From IMG/VR virus record IMGVR_UViG_3300045988_144418, positions 32,001-96,000 of that record: a stretch of DNA of 64,000 bases, one strand, 5' to 3'. The notes beneath the pieces were generated by a model that had not been told where the DNA came from, searched no databases, and saw only the letters and a program-made list of their open reading frames with translations. Positions 9,776 through 19,413 of the stretch are shown piece by piece (position 1 is the stretch's first letter; every line of letters starts with the position of its first letter). This DNA is from a virus. Both the position numbers and the translations under genes were made by a program.

Positions 9776-10351
9776 ATGCAACTCTACTATACAACGACAA
9801 CAGGCTATAATGCTATTCAGACAAATCCAAGCAGGTCACTTGGAGGATTTAAGTCATCAACGCTTGTTATTAATGATGATTTTTCTAATCTTTTTGATGA
9901 CGTGTCCATTATGACGGTGCGTAATGCACGTCCGGAATATAGGGCTATCATTCTGAGGAATGAATTTATGAGTCAGGTTCGCAAGGTGAAAGTGTCGGTG
10001 AAGAATGCGGCAGATTCTATATGCCGATATAAGATGGCTGTGGAATATCTTGTTACGACTGACAAGTATGGTACAAAGAAAATGAGTAACGTTCAGTCGG
10101 CTCAGAGTAGGCCGTTTGCCGCACAGTTTGTGGATATGTCAGAGGGTGTGGTGCTTGATCTTGCAGAAACGCTTAATTCGGGTCAGGAAGTTGGTATCTG
10201 GATATGTCGTGAAATTGACAAAGTAAAGGCTAAAGAGCAATATGACAATGTCTGCAAGCCTGATCCGACAGATCCTACTGGAAGACGCTATGTGGCGGTG
10301 GAACGACTAACCGAGGAAGCCGTTGATATAGTGGTTGACTGGAAAGGTTAG
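9776..10351 (+). CDS. hypothetical protein
   Basis: 191-aa ORF, co-directional, short intergenic gaps. Confidence 0.55.
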   Translation: MQLYYTTTTGYNAIQTNPSRSLGGFKSSTLVINDDFSNLFDDVSIMTVRNARPEYRAIILRNEFMSQVRKVKVSVKNAADSICRYKMAVEYLVTTDKYGTKKMSNVQSAQSRPFAAQFVDMSEGVVLDLAETLNSGQEVGIWICREIDKVKAKEQYDNVCKPDPTDPTGRRYVAVERLTEEAVDIVVDWKG

Positions 10352-10367
10352 TCAGTCTGATTAAGTT

Positions 10368-10385
10368 AGAAATGATTTCGTTATG
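10368..10385 (+). promoter_or_regulatory. start-codon-abutting motif (AGAAATGATTTCGTTATG)
   Basis: Recurrent motif ending in the ATG. Confidence 0.35.
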
Positions 10386-10910
10386 TTGTATGACACAGAC
10401 ATTTATCAGAACATTGTTCTGACTCTATATGATTATCTTCAACGAAGTGTGAAGAAGATGCCACGTTCCATAAAGTGGGAAAAACCGTCTCATCGAAAGA
10501 CGGTTATTTCTTTTATAGAAAGTCTTCCTGATACAGCAGGGGTACAGTTTATTTGGGATTTTCTGGTTTTCCAGTTTTACATCTATAATTTTCAGGATCA
10601 AAAGTTGCGACCTCTTCCCGCTTGGTTTATGGGTAAGGAAGCGTGGGATCGGTGGAAATCTTATGATAGTGGTGCAAGGTATCACGCTTTTGAATGGGCA
10701 GGTGAACATCATATAGAAAATCCATTGAGAAATGTAAATTATAAAAATGTTGCACAGAGTGTGTTGGAAGCGGAAAGGCTGAGAATGTCTCGTATATCTG
10801 GGCCGAATTATTGTGGTTTGAAGTATGATAACCCCTATGATGGATCCAGTAGAATGTGCATGTCATGTCCATTTGTATGGGACTGTGATACTCTTTATGG
10901 AGGGAAATGA
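10383..10910 (+). CDS. hypothetical protein (Cys-rich C-terminus)
   Basis: 175-aa ORF; ATG abutted by AGAAATGATTTCGTTATG motif. Confidence 0.55.
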   Translation: MLYDTDIYQNIVLTLYDYLQRSVKKMPRSIKWEKPSHRKTVISFIESLPDTAGVQFIWDFLVFQFYIYNFQDQKLRPLPAWFMGKEAWDRWKSYDSGARYHAFEWAGEHHIENPLRNVNYKNVAQSVLEAERLRMSRISGPNYCGLKYDNPYDGSSRMCMSCPFVWDCDTLYGGK

Positions 10911-10911
10911 T

Positions 10912-11307
10912 ATGGGTGTAAAGGGAGTTTGTCGTAAGTGTGGACGTGAGACAGTGATAGTTAATAAGACGCACTGTTTGTGTAGTGGCTGTAATTATAG
11001 GCGACTGCATAATGGTCTGTCACGGTTTGAATATAAGTTTATGACGATGAAGTTTCCGGAGCGAGCACGGAAAAAGCGTACTGGGGAGGCGGAGCTTTTT
11101 AGGGAGATATGGGCGGAGCGACCACACATTTGTTCACATTGTGGCCGACAGCTTCCTCCTCCTATGCGAGCAGGTTATTTCAGCCATATTCATTCCAAGG
11201 GGGCAAGACCTGACTTGCGGCTTTGCAAGGATAATATAGAATTGTTATGTCTGGAGTGTCATTCACGGCACGAATTTGGATTTAATTATGAAAGAGATTC
11301 TCATTAA
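10912..11307 (+). CDS. HNH endonuclease
   Basis: Two CxxC pairs (CRKCG, CSGC) plus HSKGARPDLRLCKDNIELLCLECH (H-N-H core); ATG at 10912 directly after upstream TGA; track ORF 10825 is an overlapping N-terminal extension. Confidence 0.75.
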   Translation: MGVKGVCRKCGRETVIVNKTHCLCSGCNYRRLHNGLSRFEYKFMTMKFPERARKKRTGEAELFREIWAERPHICSHCGRQLPPPMRAGYFSHIHSKGARPDLRLCKDNIELLCLECHSRHEFGFNYERDSH

Positions 11308-11677
11308 GTTAAAGTTACTGGCTGACTCCTTAGGAATAGGTGCTGTGTCAGCGGAGGTTGAAAAGATTATGCTTCAGGAACAGCAGGTGTCAACGGAAAC
11401 GGTTCTTCGTCTGCTTGGCGAGTTGCTGTCAATGCTGTCCACTATGGGCAGAAGGATGATGCACTTTAGGGACAGGACAGGCCAGATTCTTTCCAAGGGC
11501 TTTATCATTATGTTCCGTAAGAGTGAGACAGTTGAGGGTGAGCCTACTATTGTTATCAATGACTTTGGTGCAGGACTAAAGGCGGAGAACAACCCTGTTA
11601 TAGAACTGGAGCTTGTTTATGACGATGTTGACGTGCGTGATGAGGACTTTGACACGTTATTATTAATGAAAAACTAA
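11288..11677 (+). CDS. hypothetical protein
   Basis: ATG at 11288 inside track ORF 11276..11677; overlaps the HNH stop by 20 nt. Confidence 0.5.
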   Translation: MKEILIKLKLLADSLGIGAVSAEVEKIMLQEQQVSTETVLRLLGELLSMLSTMGRRMMHFRDRTGQILSKGFIIMFRKSETVEGEPTIVINDFGAGLKAENNPVIELELVYDDVDVRDEDFDTLLLMKN

Positions 11678-11693
11678 AAATGATTTTGTTATG
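11676..11693 (+). promoter_or_regulatory. start-codon-abutting motif (AAAAATGATTTTGTTATG)
   Basis: Recurrent motif ending in the ATG. Confidence 0.35.
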
Positions 11694-12350
11694 AATTCCA
11701 CGATTAGGTACATAATTGTTGGTGACAGTGAGACTGGAGGGCTTCCTAATAAGGGCAAACAGGCTTTCTATGACATTGCACTGTGTGAATTTGCCTTTGT
11801 CGTTATAGATATTCAGGAAATGAAAGTGGTGGAGGAATGGAGTACACTCTTTAGACCCTATAAGGACAATCTTGAGTATAACCCCCAGGCACTTGAGGTC
11901 AATGGTCTTACGGTTGAACAGTTGCAGAAAAGCGGTGATGACCTGAAGAACATCTATAAGGAAATGATCATGTTGTTTAAGAAGTATAAGAATCCTCGTA
12001 TAGGAGCGGTACTTGCAGGACATAATTTTCAGCCGTTTGATATGCCTTTTCTCACTAATATGTTTGAGTTTTGCGGTGATAGCATCTGGAATTATGTCAC
12101 GTTCGTGGAGGACACCATGAAGCTGGCTTGGTATCGTGCCAAGGAGCAGGAAAATTACAAGCTCGGAACGTGCTGTCGTATGGAGGGTGTTGATTTGGTT
12201 AACGCTCATCGTGCGCTTGCTGACACAAAGGCGAACGCCCTGTTGCTTTTGAAATACATTTCCTATATGCGTGGCTCTGGAGAGGGTTCGAGCGTTGCGA
12301 TTCCAAGAATGAAGCCGTCTTCCTTTAGAGAGACCTTTCAACTTGTGTAG
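11691..12350 (+). CDS. DnaQ-like DEDDh 3'-5' exonuclease (proofreading subunit candidate)
   Basis: ExoI VGDSETGG, ExoII AGHNFQPFDMPFL, ExoIII NAHRALADTKA. Confidence 0.85.
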   Translation: MNSTIRYIIVGDSETGGLPNKGKQAFYDIALCEFAFVVIDIQEMKVVEEWSTLFRPYKDNLEYNPQALEVNGLTVEQLQKSGDDLKNIYKEMIMLFKKYKNPRIGAVLAGHNFQPFDMPFLTNMFEFCGDSIWNYVTFVEDTMKLAWYRAKEQENYKLGTCCRMEGVDLVNAHRALADTKANALLLLKYISYMRGSGEGSSVAIPRMKPSSFRETFQLV

Positions 12351-12352
12351 TG

Positions 12353-14452
12353 ATGATTGAGTTTAATGAGAATAACAGTCTTTCTTTTCGGCAGCTGGAT
12401 AGTATTATAGACACCACAACGAGAATAGTGCAGAATCTCCCTGTAAAAGCCATAAATCAGCTTATGGAGGGGTATAGGGGGGATCAGGATGCTATGTTGT
12501 CAGAGATGTTTCGTCAGACAGAGAATGTTCTGAAGTTGAACACTACATTGGAAACTGAACGTCTTTCCTATGTCGATCAGCTTATTGAGAGCATGGATGA
12601 GTCCTTGAAGATAATGTCATACAATTACTTCAAGACTACAATGCTTCCTAATTTTAGACAGGGGTGGAGAAATCTTGAGTGGGGTAATATGATTCAGCTG
12701 TACCCGAATAGTGCTTATCTTGCGGCTCGTTCTCATGGGAAGTGCTTTTTGGCTGGAACTCACATCTTGATGGCTGATTGGACAGTGAAGAATGTGGAGG
12801 ACATCTATCCTGGGATGGAGGTGATGGGTATGGACTTTACCCCAAGAAAGGTTTTCACACGGCATATTGGTCGGTCACAGATGTTTACGGTGCACCAGGA
12901 GAATGGCATTTCCTATACCGTGAATAGATTCCACATTCTCTGCCTATGGGATACAAAGAGGAAACACTATGTTGAGGTTCCGATGGGAAATTTTCTGAAA
13001 TATCCTCAAGAAAAACAGAATAGGTTTAGAGGGTACAGAGTGTTTTCGAGCGACAACCCTATACTGGAATATTCTCCTATAGCGGTTGAACCGTATGGTG
13101 ATGGATCCTACTATGGTTTTGCCTGTGACGGTGATCATAAGTTTCTTCTGGAGGACAATACTGTTGTTCATAATTCGTATGAATTTTGTATGGGGCTTCC
13201 TCTGTGGAGGATGTACTCCTATCGTAGACCAAATTTTATGAAGCCTGATATTCCGGACAATAGGAATAGAAAGGAAACTTGCATTATAACCAACACGGAG
13301 ACACTCGGTAAGGAGCATCTGGATAAGATTAAGGAGGAGATTCATACCAATGAAGCACTTTCAGCGGTGCTTAATCCGAACGGCAAGGCTTCGCTTGGAG
13401 CTACTGGCTTTGAGTGTGAGAATGGATCCAAACTGCATCTTAGAGGGAAGGACGGATTCATTCGAGGTCTTCACGTGGGTGCGGCTGTGTCTGATGACCT
13501 CCCTGATGATAGCTCCATCTATAGTCTGGAGCAGAGAGAGAAGTTGAGAGACCTGTTTAAGGGTGCTATCACCCCTATTGTAGAGCCGTATGGATATAAT
13601 ATCGTGGATGGCACACCGTATCAGGCACAGGATCTTTATTATGAGTTGAAGCAGGATCCGAAATTTATGGTGTTTGAGTATCCAGCCATATTTCCTGACG
13701 GCAGACTTTTGGCACCTGATCGTTTTACGTTTGACAAGTTGATGGAGGAAAAGAAGTCCGTGGGTACGCTTGTGTTTAGCCGTGAGTATCTTGTTGTTCC
13801 TATTTCTGACGATTCCACCATTTTTCCTATGGAGATATTAATGCGAAGCACGATAGGAATGGAGAATGTGCGACTTGTAGATAATATTGAATCGTTTCCA
13901 TTCAAGTTGTCCAGAGTGGTTGTAGGGTGTGATTTTGCCGTGTCAGGAAATGTGGGTGCTGACTACACTTGTTATACGGTATGGGGGAAGGATTTGAATG
14001 GTTCCTATTATCTTCTGTACATCTATCGGGAAAAAGGTTTGTCACATAATGAGCAGATAAACAAGATAGAGTACTTGAACACGGTGTTTAAGCCGAATGA
14101 GATTGTGGTGGAGAATAACGGTTTTCAGTCCATTCTTGCTGATATGTGTGTACAGAGAGGAATCAAAAATATATATCCGTTTACCACTACTTCAGGAAAC
14201 AAGAAGGACTTGCGAACAGGGTGGGCGTCGCTTGCAGCTCTATTTGAGAGAGGTGATATACGATGTCCGTATCATCCTGACACACGACAGAGGATAGACA
14301 CTATGTTTGGGGAGTTTACATCTATTGCGTTTCGTTCTGATAAAGGTACACTGGAATCCATTAGCGGTCACGATGACACAGTATCATCCTCGTTTATGGC
14401 AATAAATAGATTACGTGAATCAGCTGTTCAGATAAAGGTTGATGCAGTATAA
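12353..14452 (+). CDS. terL: terminase large subunit, interrupted by an in-frame mini-intein
   Basis: Exteins reconstruct Walker A AARSHGK|S; downstream AAVSDD (Walker B-like), DGTPY, nuclease-domain motifs VVGCDFA, VENNGFQ, GHDDTV. Confidence 0.9.
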   Translation: MIEFNENNSLSFRQLDSIIDTTTRIVQNLPVKAINQLMEGYRGDQDAMLSEMFRQTENVLKLNTTLETERLSYVDQLIESMDESLKIMSYNYFKTTMLPNFRQGWRNLEWGNMIQLYPNSAYLAARSHGKCFLAGTHILMADWTVKNVEDIYPGMEVMGMDFTPRKVFTRHIGRSQMFTVHQENGISYTVNRFHILCLWDTKRKHYVEVPMGNFLKYPQEKQNRFRGYRVFSSDNPILEYSPIAVEPYGDGSYYGFACDGDHKFLLEDNTVVHNSYEFCMGLPLWRMYSYRRPNFMKPDIPDNRNRKETCIITNTETLGKEHLDKIKEEIHTNEALSAVLNPNGKASLGATGFECENGSKLHLRGKDGFIRGLHVGAAVSDDLPDDSSIYSLEQREKLRDLFKGAITPIVEPYGYNIVDGTPYQAQDLYYELKQDPKFMVFEYPAIFPDGRLLAPDRFTFDKLMEEKKSVGTLVFSREYLVVPISDDSTIFPMEILMRSTIGMENVRLVDNIESFPFKLSRVVVGCDFAVSGNVGADYTCYTVWGKDLNGSYYLLYIYREKGLSHNEQINKIEYLNTVFKPNEIVVENNGFQSILADMCVQRGIKNIYPFTTTSGNKKDLRTGWASLAALFERGDIRCPYHPDTRQRIDTMFGEFTSIAFRSDKGTLESISGHDDTVSSSFMAINRLRESAVQIKVDAV
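12743..13174 (+). mobile_element. mini-intein (144 aa, no homing-endonuclease domain) in the terminase P-loop
   Basis: Begins with Cys (CFLAGTHILMADW, block A) directly after GK of Walker A; ends YYGFACDGDHKFLLEDNTVVHN followed by Ser (+1 nucleophile); splicing restores GKS. Confidence 0.85.
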
Positions 14453-14458
14453 TAAAAT

Positions 14459-14475
14459 AGAAATGATTTTGTATG
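14459..14475 (+). promoter_or_regulatory. start-codon-abutting motif (AGAAATGATTTTGTATG)
   Basis: Recurrent motif ending in the ATG. Confidence 0.35.
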
Positions 14476-16011
14476 CAGACAAAGAAATTTGATGCGGTCT
14501 TGAGTCCGACATTTGTTGAAGAAATGCTTCGGCTCGCATATTCCAACAAGACATTCGCAGGGCTTGTGGTTGAGAATGTTAATGTAAGCAATTTTCCTCG
14601 TGAGCTTGGTGCGTGTAAGGCAATGCTCAAGGTACTGGCTGATAACTATCGTAATGGAGTATTTGCCACCTTGGGAATGGTTGAGATGGCCTTTCCGAAG
14701 AGTGATGAAGTAGCCAAGAAGATTTCTGAAATTAAGAATATGCCTGTTCCTCCCTATGATGGGATGGTTAAGCAGTTGGAAACATTCATTCGTCGGCAGA
14801 CATTTGTGGCTGTGCAGCATGAAGTGAGTGATATGTATAATGAGGGTAAGCCTGACGAAGCGATGGACTTGTTGGGGCGCAGGATGTCTGAAATACTGTC
14901 CTTTTCTTTGAAGCAGGGTGCAAAGGGGAAATTTTCCAGAATATATAGGGACTTTGTGCGTAACATAGCGATTGCACAGCAGAAGCAGGATGATGAGGTT
15001 AAGCGTCCAAAGATTCCTCTTGGCATCACGTCTTTGGATGATTTAACTGACGGTGGTGTTCCTCGGCAGGATACTGTTCTTTGGATTATGCGTTCCGGAG
15101 TGGGAAAATCCACGGCCTTGAAATATCATGCTTGGTACAATACGTCAATATCACATAATCACTGTCTTCACATCCAGCTGGAGGGTGGTGAGCAGGAGGC
15201 AGTGGTGAAGTTTGATCAGATGCTTGCACAGACAACCTATGCAAAGGTTTTGCGAGGTGATATTACGTCTGACACTCAGAAGCGTGTGCAGTCACTTATC
15301 AGAAGGGCTGTTACGGTGAATTCTGATATAGACGTGTATGCTTCCGAGGAGATGATGGAAATGACGATAGCTGACATTGTCAAGGTGGTGGAGGATTATT
15401 ATCTGGAGTATGGCTATTATCCTGATCTGATAACAGTTGATTCCATTGATCTTTTGCTTACAGGGCAGAACAGCAAGATAGACTATGATCCTAACTTTAT
15501 TAAGTATAGACTACAGAAGTGTGCACAGCGGTTAAAGGATCTTGCCACGAAGTATGATTGTGTCGTGATGACAGCCACTCAGACCTGTGATGTTCCTATG
15601 GAACTATGGAACGATCCATCTCGTGTCATAACACGTCAGCACACAGAGGGTGATAGAACACTGGTCAAGCCGTTTTCCTTTGTGTTTACAGGTAATGTAA
15701 CCATTGAGGAGGGTGCTCAGAACGTTATGCGTATATTCTGTGATAAGTTTCGAAATTATCGAAATAACGGAATAATTGTGAAGATACCGACCAACTATGA
15801 GAACGGCTTCTTTTACGACCTAAAACGTTCCGTAAAGGAGGAACAGGTACTTGATATGAACGCTATGCTGAAGATGGATGGCGCTCCTACACGCAGAAGA
15901 CGCACAAGTGATGGCAGACAGACGGAGACAAAGACGGTTGAGGTGTCAAGCGGTGTGTTCGTGACTCAGAATGTTGAGAAGAAGAAAGTGCCGCAGAAAA
16001 GGGGTGTCTGA
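14473..16011 (+). CDS. DnaB-like replicative DNA helicase
   Basis: 512 aa; GITSLDDLTDGGVPRQDTVLWIMRSGVGKST (DnaB C-terminal Walker A context), later LITVDSID (Walker B-like). Confidence 0.7.
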   Translation: MQTKKFDAVLSPTFVEEMLRLAYSNKTFAGLVVENVNVSNFPRELGACKAMLKVLADNYRNGVFATLGMVEMAFPKSDEVAKKISEIKNMPVPPYDGMVKQLETFIRRQTFVAVQHEVSDMYNEGKPDEAMDLLGRRMSEILSFSLKQGAKGKFSRIYRDFVRNIAIAQQKQDDEVKRPKIPLGITSLDDLTDGGVPRQDTVLWIMRSGVGKSTALKYHAWYNTSISHNHCLHIQLEGGEQEAVVKFDQMLAQTTYAKVLRGDITSDTQKRVQSLIRRAVTVNSDIDVYASEEMMEMTIADIVKVVEDYYLEYGYYPDLITVDSIDLLLTGQNSKIDYDPNFIKYRLQKCAQRLKDLATKYDCVVMTATQTCDVPMELWNDPSRVITRQHTEGDRTLVKPFSFVFTGNVTIEEGAQNVMRIFCDKFRNYRNNGIIVKIPTNYENGFFYDLKRSVKEEQVLDMNAMLKMDGAPTRRRRTSDGRQTETKTVEVSSGVFVTQNVEKKKVPQKRGV

Positions 16012-17045
16012 TGAAGTACGATAAGGAGAATATTATTGACGAGCTTGGGCTTGTTCCGTTCGGTTCTCAGGGGTGGTTATCGAACAAGGAGATGGTCTGT
16101 CCGTTTTGTGGTAAGTCCGGAAAATGGGGTGTTATATTTAATGATACTGGAGGGGCGACATTTCATTGCTGGAAGTGTCCACGTAAGACTTCTTTGTATG
16201 AATTTCTTAAAAAGATAGGTAGAACGGATCTTGCAAGGGTTACATACACGGCCAAGCCTGATGAGGTGTGCCCAAGGATAGGTGAGGAGCAGACGGAGGA
16301 ATCACAGTGGATGACCTCCATGGAGTTGCAGCCTTTGGAGTTGCAGCCTGTTGCGCTTCCATTGCGACTGAAACCACTTGTGGGGGATGAGTATCTTGAA
16401 AGCAGGGGGTTCAATGACTATCACTATAGACTATTTGAACCATCCTACACAAATACACCACTGGAGCCGAAGTTGAAAAACTATATTGTGTTTAAGATGA
16501 AGATGAACGGTGTGTGTGTGGCTTGGTGGGCGAGAAGTCGTTATTCAAAGGAATGGCATAAGGAGAATCTGGAACTTTATAAGCAGCATAAGGCTGAGCT
16601 TGTGCTTCGGTATAGGAACTCAGAAAGCAATTTTCAGGACTTGCTTGGTGGTTATGATCAACTTGTTGAGGGTGTTACACAGACAGTGATTCTGGTGGAA
16701 GGCATTTTTGATATGATTAATATCACGAACATTCTTGGACTTGCTGATGTGAATGATGTTAAGTGCTGTTTTACATTCGGTAATAGCATAGGAAAGGGAC
16801 AGATAGAGTCATTGTTGAGGAAAAAAGTTAGGAATATAGTACTTTTGTATGATGATGGGACAATAGACGAAAGTCGTGAAGCGGCCTTGCGGATGAGGGA
16901 ACTGTTTGATACTGTGATGGTGGCGGCTATACGACGCAGAGGTGTTGATCCTGGAAACATAGACATAGACTATCTGATGGAGGTGTTGGAGTCAGCGTGT
17001 GATTCTCTAACATTCTCTTACAATAGGCTTGAAATGAAGATTTGA
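16011..17045 (+). CDS. DNA primase (zinc finger + TOPRIM)
   Basis: CPFCGKSGKW...HCWKCP zinc ribbon; TOPRIM-like ILVEGIFDMINI and LLYDDGTIDE; ATGA overlap with the helicase gene. Confidence 0.7.
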   Translation: MKYDKENIIDELGLVPFGSQGWLSNKEMVCPFCGKSGKWGVIFNDTGGATFHCWKCPRKTSLYEFLKKIGRTDLARVTYTAKPDEVCPRIGEEQTEESQWMTSMELQPLELQPVALPLRLKPLVGDEYLESRGFNDYHYRLFEPSYTNTPLEPKLKNYIVFKMKMNGVCVAWWARSRYSKEWHKENLELYKQHKAELVLRYRNSESNFQDLLGGYDQLVEGVTQTVILVEGIFDMINITNILGLADVNDVKCCFTFGNSIGKGQIESLLRKKVRNIVLLYDDGTIDESREAALRMRELFDTVMVAAIRRRGVDPGNIDIDYLMEVLESACDSLTFSYNRLEMKI

Positions 17046-17048
17046 GGT

Positions 17049-17507
17049 ATGAGCAAGGAAATGATTAGGTCTCAGAAGGAATTTATTCACAAGTTGGAAA
17101 TGGAGTATCTTACACACAAGTTGAGATCACTTGTGTATCGTAAGATGAAGTACATAAAGCTCTCCAGAGATATGGCTGTGAAGAAGAAGGAAAAGATTCA
17201 GGCACTCGGCATGAAGTTTGGCATTTCTACAATGTTTGATACAGGTGTAGAGAAGTTCGTGAATGAGCATTTCTGGAATAAGTGTGGGCTTCCAAATTTT
17301 TCCTATAAGGATAGTGAGCAGAAGCGTGTGCAGGGTAATTATGACGCTTGGTATCTTCTCTATCGTGGGGTTGTGATAATGTATAATGGTGAGCCTTATA
17401 CTGTTGTAAGCAACAACCCTTCGACAAGGACAGTTCAGGTGCTTGATGGTTGTTTTGCAATGAGTTATGATGAGATATCTCTTGTGAACGATTATGACTG
17501 GGAATAA
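17049..17507 (+). CDS. hypothetical protein
   Basis: 152-aa ORF 3 nt after the primase stop. Confidence 0.6.
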   Translation: MSKEMIRSQKEFIHKLEMEYLTHKLRSLVYRKMKYIKLSRDMAVKKKEKIQALGMKFGISTMFDTGVEKFVNEHFWNKCGLPNFSYKDSEQKRVQGNYDAWYLLYRGVVIMYNGEPYTVVSNNPSTRTVQVLDGCFAMSYDEISLVNDYDWE

Positions 17508-17534
17508 CGTTTTACTAAAAAGACAAAATAAAAG

Positions 17535-17990
17535 ATGATTAAGGTAAGGATTTTTAATGAAAGTAAGTTTCTGGGGTCGGAGTATTTTCCAGAATATAAG
17601 AGTTTGGGTGCGTCAGGCGTGGATCTTAGGGCTGACATCGGTGAGGATATTGTGCTTCATCCAATGCAGCGAATGTTGATTTCAACAGGTCTGCGAATAG
17701 CTATTCCTCAGAATTATGAGGCACAGGTTCGCTCTCGTTCAGGGCTTACAGTGAAGAACGGTGTTATTGTTCTTTCTCCAGGTACCATAGATAGTGATTA
17801 TAGAGGGGTTATTGGTGTTCCTTTGGCCAATCTGGGTGATGAGGATTTTGTAATTCATAGAGGGGATTGTATTGCACAGCTTGTTTTTCAGAAAGTGGAA
17901 AGAGTTTGGTTTGAGGGTGTCAGCTCTATTGAAGCACTTGGTCTAACTGATCGCGGTGAAGGAGGCTTTGGTCATACAGGCGTGAAATAG
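17535..17990 (+). CDS. dut: dUTP diphosphatase
   Basis: All trimeric dUTPase motifs: ASGVDLRA, RSRSGL, GTIDSDYRGVIGV, RGEGGFGHTG. Confidence 0.95.
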   Translation: MIKVRIFNESKFLGSEYFPEYKSLGASGVDLRADIGEDIVLHPMQRMLISTGLRIAIPQNYEAQVRSRSGLTVKNGVIVLSPGTIDSDYRGVIGVPLANLGDEDFVIHRGDCIAQLVFQKVERVWFEGVSSIEALGLTDRGEGGFGHTGVK

Positions 17991-18007
17991 AAATTTTCAA
18001 GAATATT

Positions 18008-18039
18008 CTTTGGATATCTAAGATAAGTGACTATATTTG
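18008..18039 (+). promoter_or_regulatory. early promoter cassette P1
   Basis: ctTTGGATATCTAAG ... TATATTTG; -33 TTG to -7 box spacing matches the other copies. Confidence 0.6.
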
Positions 18040-18075
18040 CACTGTGAAATTTTAACAATTAAATCAAAAACGTTT

Positions 18076-18669
18076 ATGGAACAGAAAGAATTGTCCGTAA
18101 GGATGAAAATTCGTAAGTTTAAGAATGACGCTGCCAAGCTGTCAGAAATCATTGAGTCAGAGGCTTCCACCGAACTGGAAAAGAAAGTGGCTTCGGAGTA
18201 TCTTGCCAAGTTGCAGGAACTCCCGCAGTCTGAACAGCCAGAAGCACCGCAAGCTCCGGAGGAGACGACACTTTTTCCTGAGGAAGAGGAGAAGTCAGCC
18301 CCTAAGAAGGAAGAGTCTATCAGTTCCGAGCTTACTCCTGAGGAAGTCGCTCGTCTTGATGCAGCGGAGAAGAAGTTCGATGAGCGTCAGGCCAGTCGTA
18401 AGACACCATCAAAGGGTGACAAGAATATGCGTGAGGAGCGTAAGAAGAAAAGTTCAACGGCTAATCTGCATGAGGGCAAACGTGAGAATCTTGAAGAATC
18501 CACGGAGGTTCCTGGTCTGAAGGTTGGTTCTACTGTAAAGGTGGGTAATGAGGAAGGCTCTGTCATTCGTGTCTATCGTAGCACCGACGGCAAGGAGAAG
18601 TGTATGGTCAAGATCGGAGACGGCAAGCCTGTCAAGAAGCGTGTTACTTCCGTGGAACTTGTAAAATAG
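18076..18669 (+). CDS. hypothetical acidic/lysine-rich protein with C-terminal SH3/KOW-like segment
   Basis: ATG 18076 lies 37 nt after the -7 box of promoter cassette P1; the track ORF start (18037) falls inside the promoter. Confidence 0.55.
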   Translation: MEQKELSVRMKIRKFKNDAAKLSEIIESEASTELEKKVASEYLAKLQELPQSEQPEAPQAPEETTLFPEEEEKSAPKKEESISSELTPEEVARLDAAEKKFDERQASRKTPSKGDKNMREERKKKSSTANLHEGKRENLEESTEVPGLKVGSTVKVGNEEGSVIRVYRSTDGKEKCMVKIGDGKPVKKRVTSVELVK

Positions 18670-18678
18670 TCGGGATTT

Positions 18679-19413
18679 ATGGTTACGGATTCAGGAACCA
18701 TAATTCTTATCAAGGGGGTCAGTGGAAGCGGTAAATCCACAAGGGTTTATTGCTTCCTTGATTTCCTGGAAAGCATTGGAATGAAACTGAAGCCATATCA
18801 GTTTGTGAATATACTTGGACAGACACAGGAGATAGGCTTGTATTCAGAGGAGTTGAATATGCTTTTTCTGGGAAAGTTCTATGACGACAATGGTGTTCGT
18901 AGGTGGCAGGGGTTGGATGCTGTTACAGGGCGATTGCACACGGCTGAGGGTCTTTCCTATTTCCTGAAGTGGGCTGGTCAGCGGAAGTTGAATGTTGTGC
19001 TGGAGGGGGCTGGAACGTCCGTGACGTGGCGATTGCGTCCGATGGAGATATGTGCCGAGTATGAGTATCTAAATATTCTCTATTTGGTCTATACGTTCAA
19101 ACTGGAGCAGTATGATGACTATATCAGGAGAATAGAGTATCGCTCGGGCAAGGCTCCGAAAAGCGACGCTATGTGGCGGAAGCGCAAGGGGTTTGAATCA
19201 GACTATACTCAGACTGTTGCGGAAGCGAAGGACTTGAATGCAGCAGGAGCGGACATTGTCATCAAGTACAATCTTTTCGATGTTGAAGCATGGGATCTCG
19301 GTGTAAGCATTATGCAGTATTTCGGTCTTGACGAGTTGTGCGATGAGTTCAAGCTGTTTGTGGAGGGTGGTGGTTATATTGGGCAGAATTCCTATGAAAA
19401 CATTGGTAGATGA
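18679..19413 (+). CDS. P-loop kinase; candidate 5-hydroxymethyl-dU DNA kinase
   Basis: Walker A GVSGSGKST near the N-terminus; ATGA-coupled to the aGPT-Pplase-like gene. The kinase family is clear; the substrate is inferred from context. Confidence 0.4.
   Translation: MVTDSGTIILIKGVSGSGKSTRVYCFLDFLESIGMKLKPYQFVNILGQTQEIGLYSEELNMLFLGKFYDDNGVRRWQGLDAVTGRLHTAEGLSYFLKWAGQRKLNVVLEGAGTSVTWRLRPMEICAEYEYLNILYLVYTFKLEQYDDYIRRIEYRSGKAPKSDAMWRKRKGFESDYTQTVAEAKDLNAAGADIVIKYNLFDVEAWDLGVSIMQYFGLDELCDEFKLFVEGGGYIGQNSYENIGR

Noticed and set aside
10825-10911. N-terminal extension of the HNH ORF (track start 10825)
   Set aside because: It overlaps the preceding gene for 86 nt in another frame. The ATG at 10912, right after the upstream stop, gives a typical compact HNH protein.
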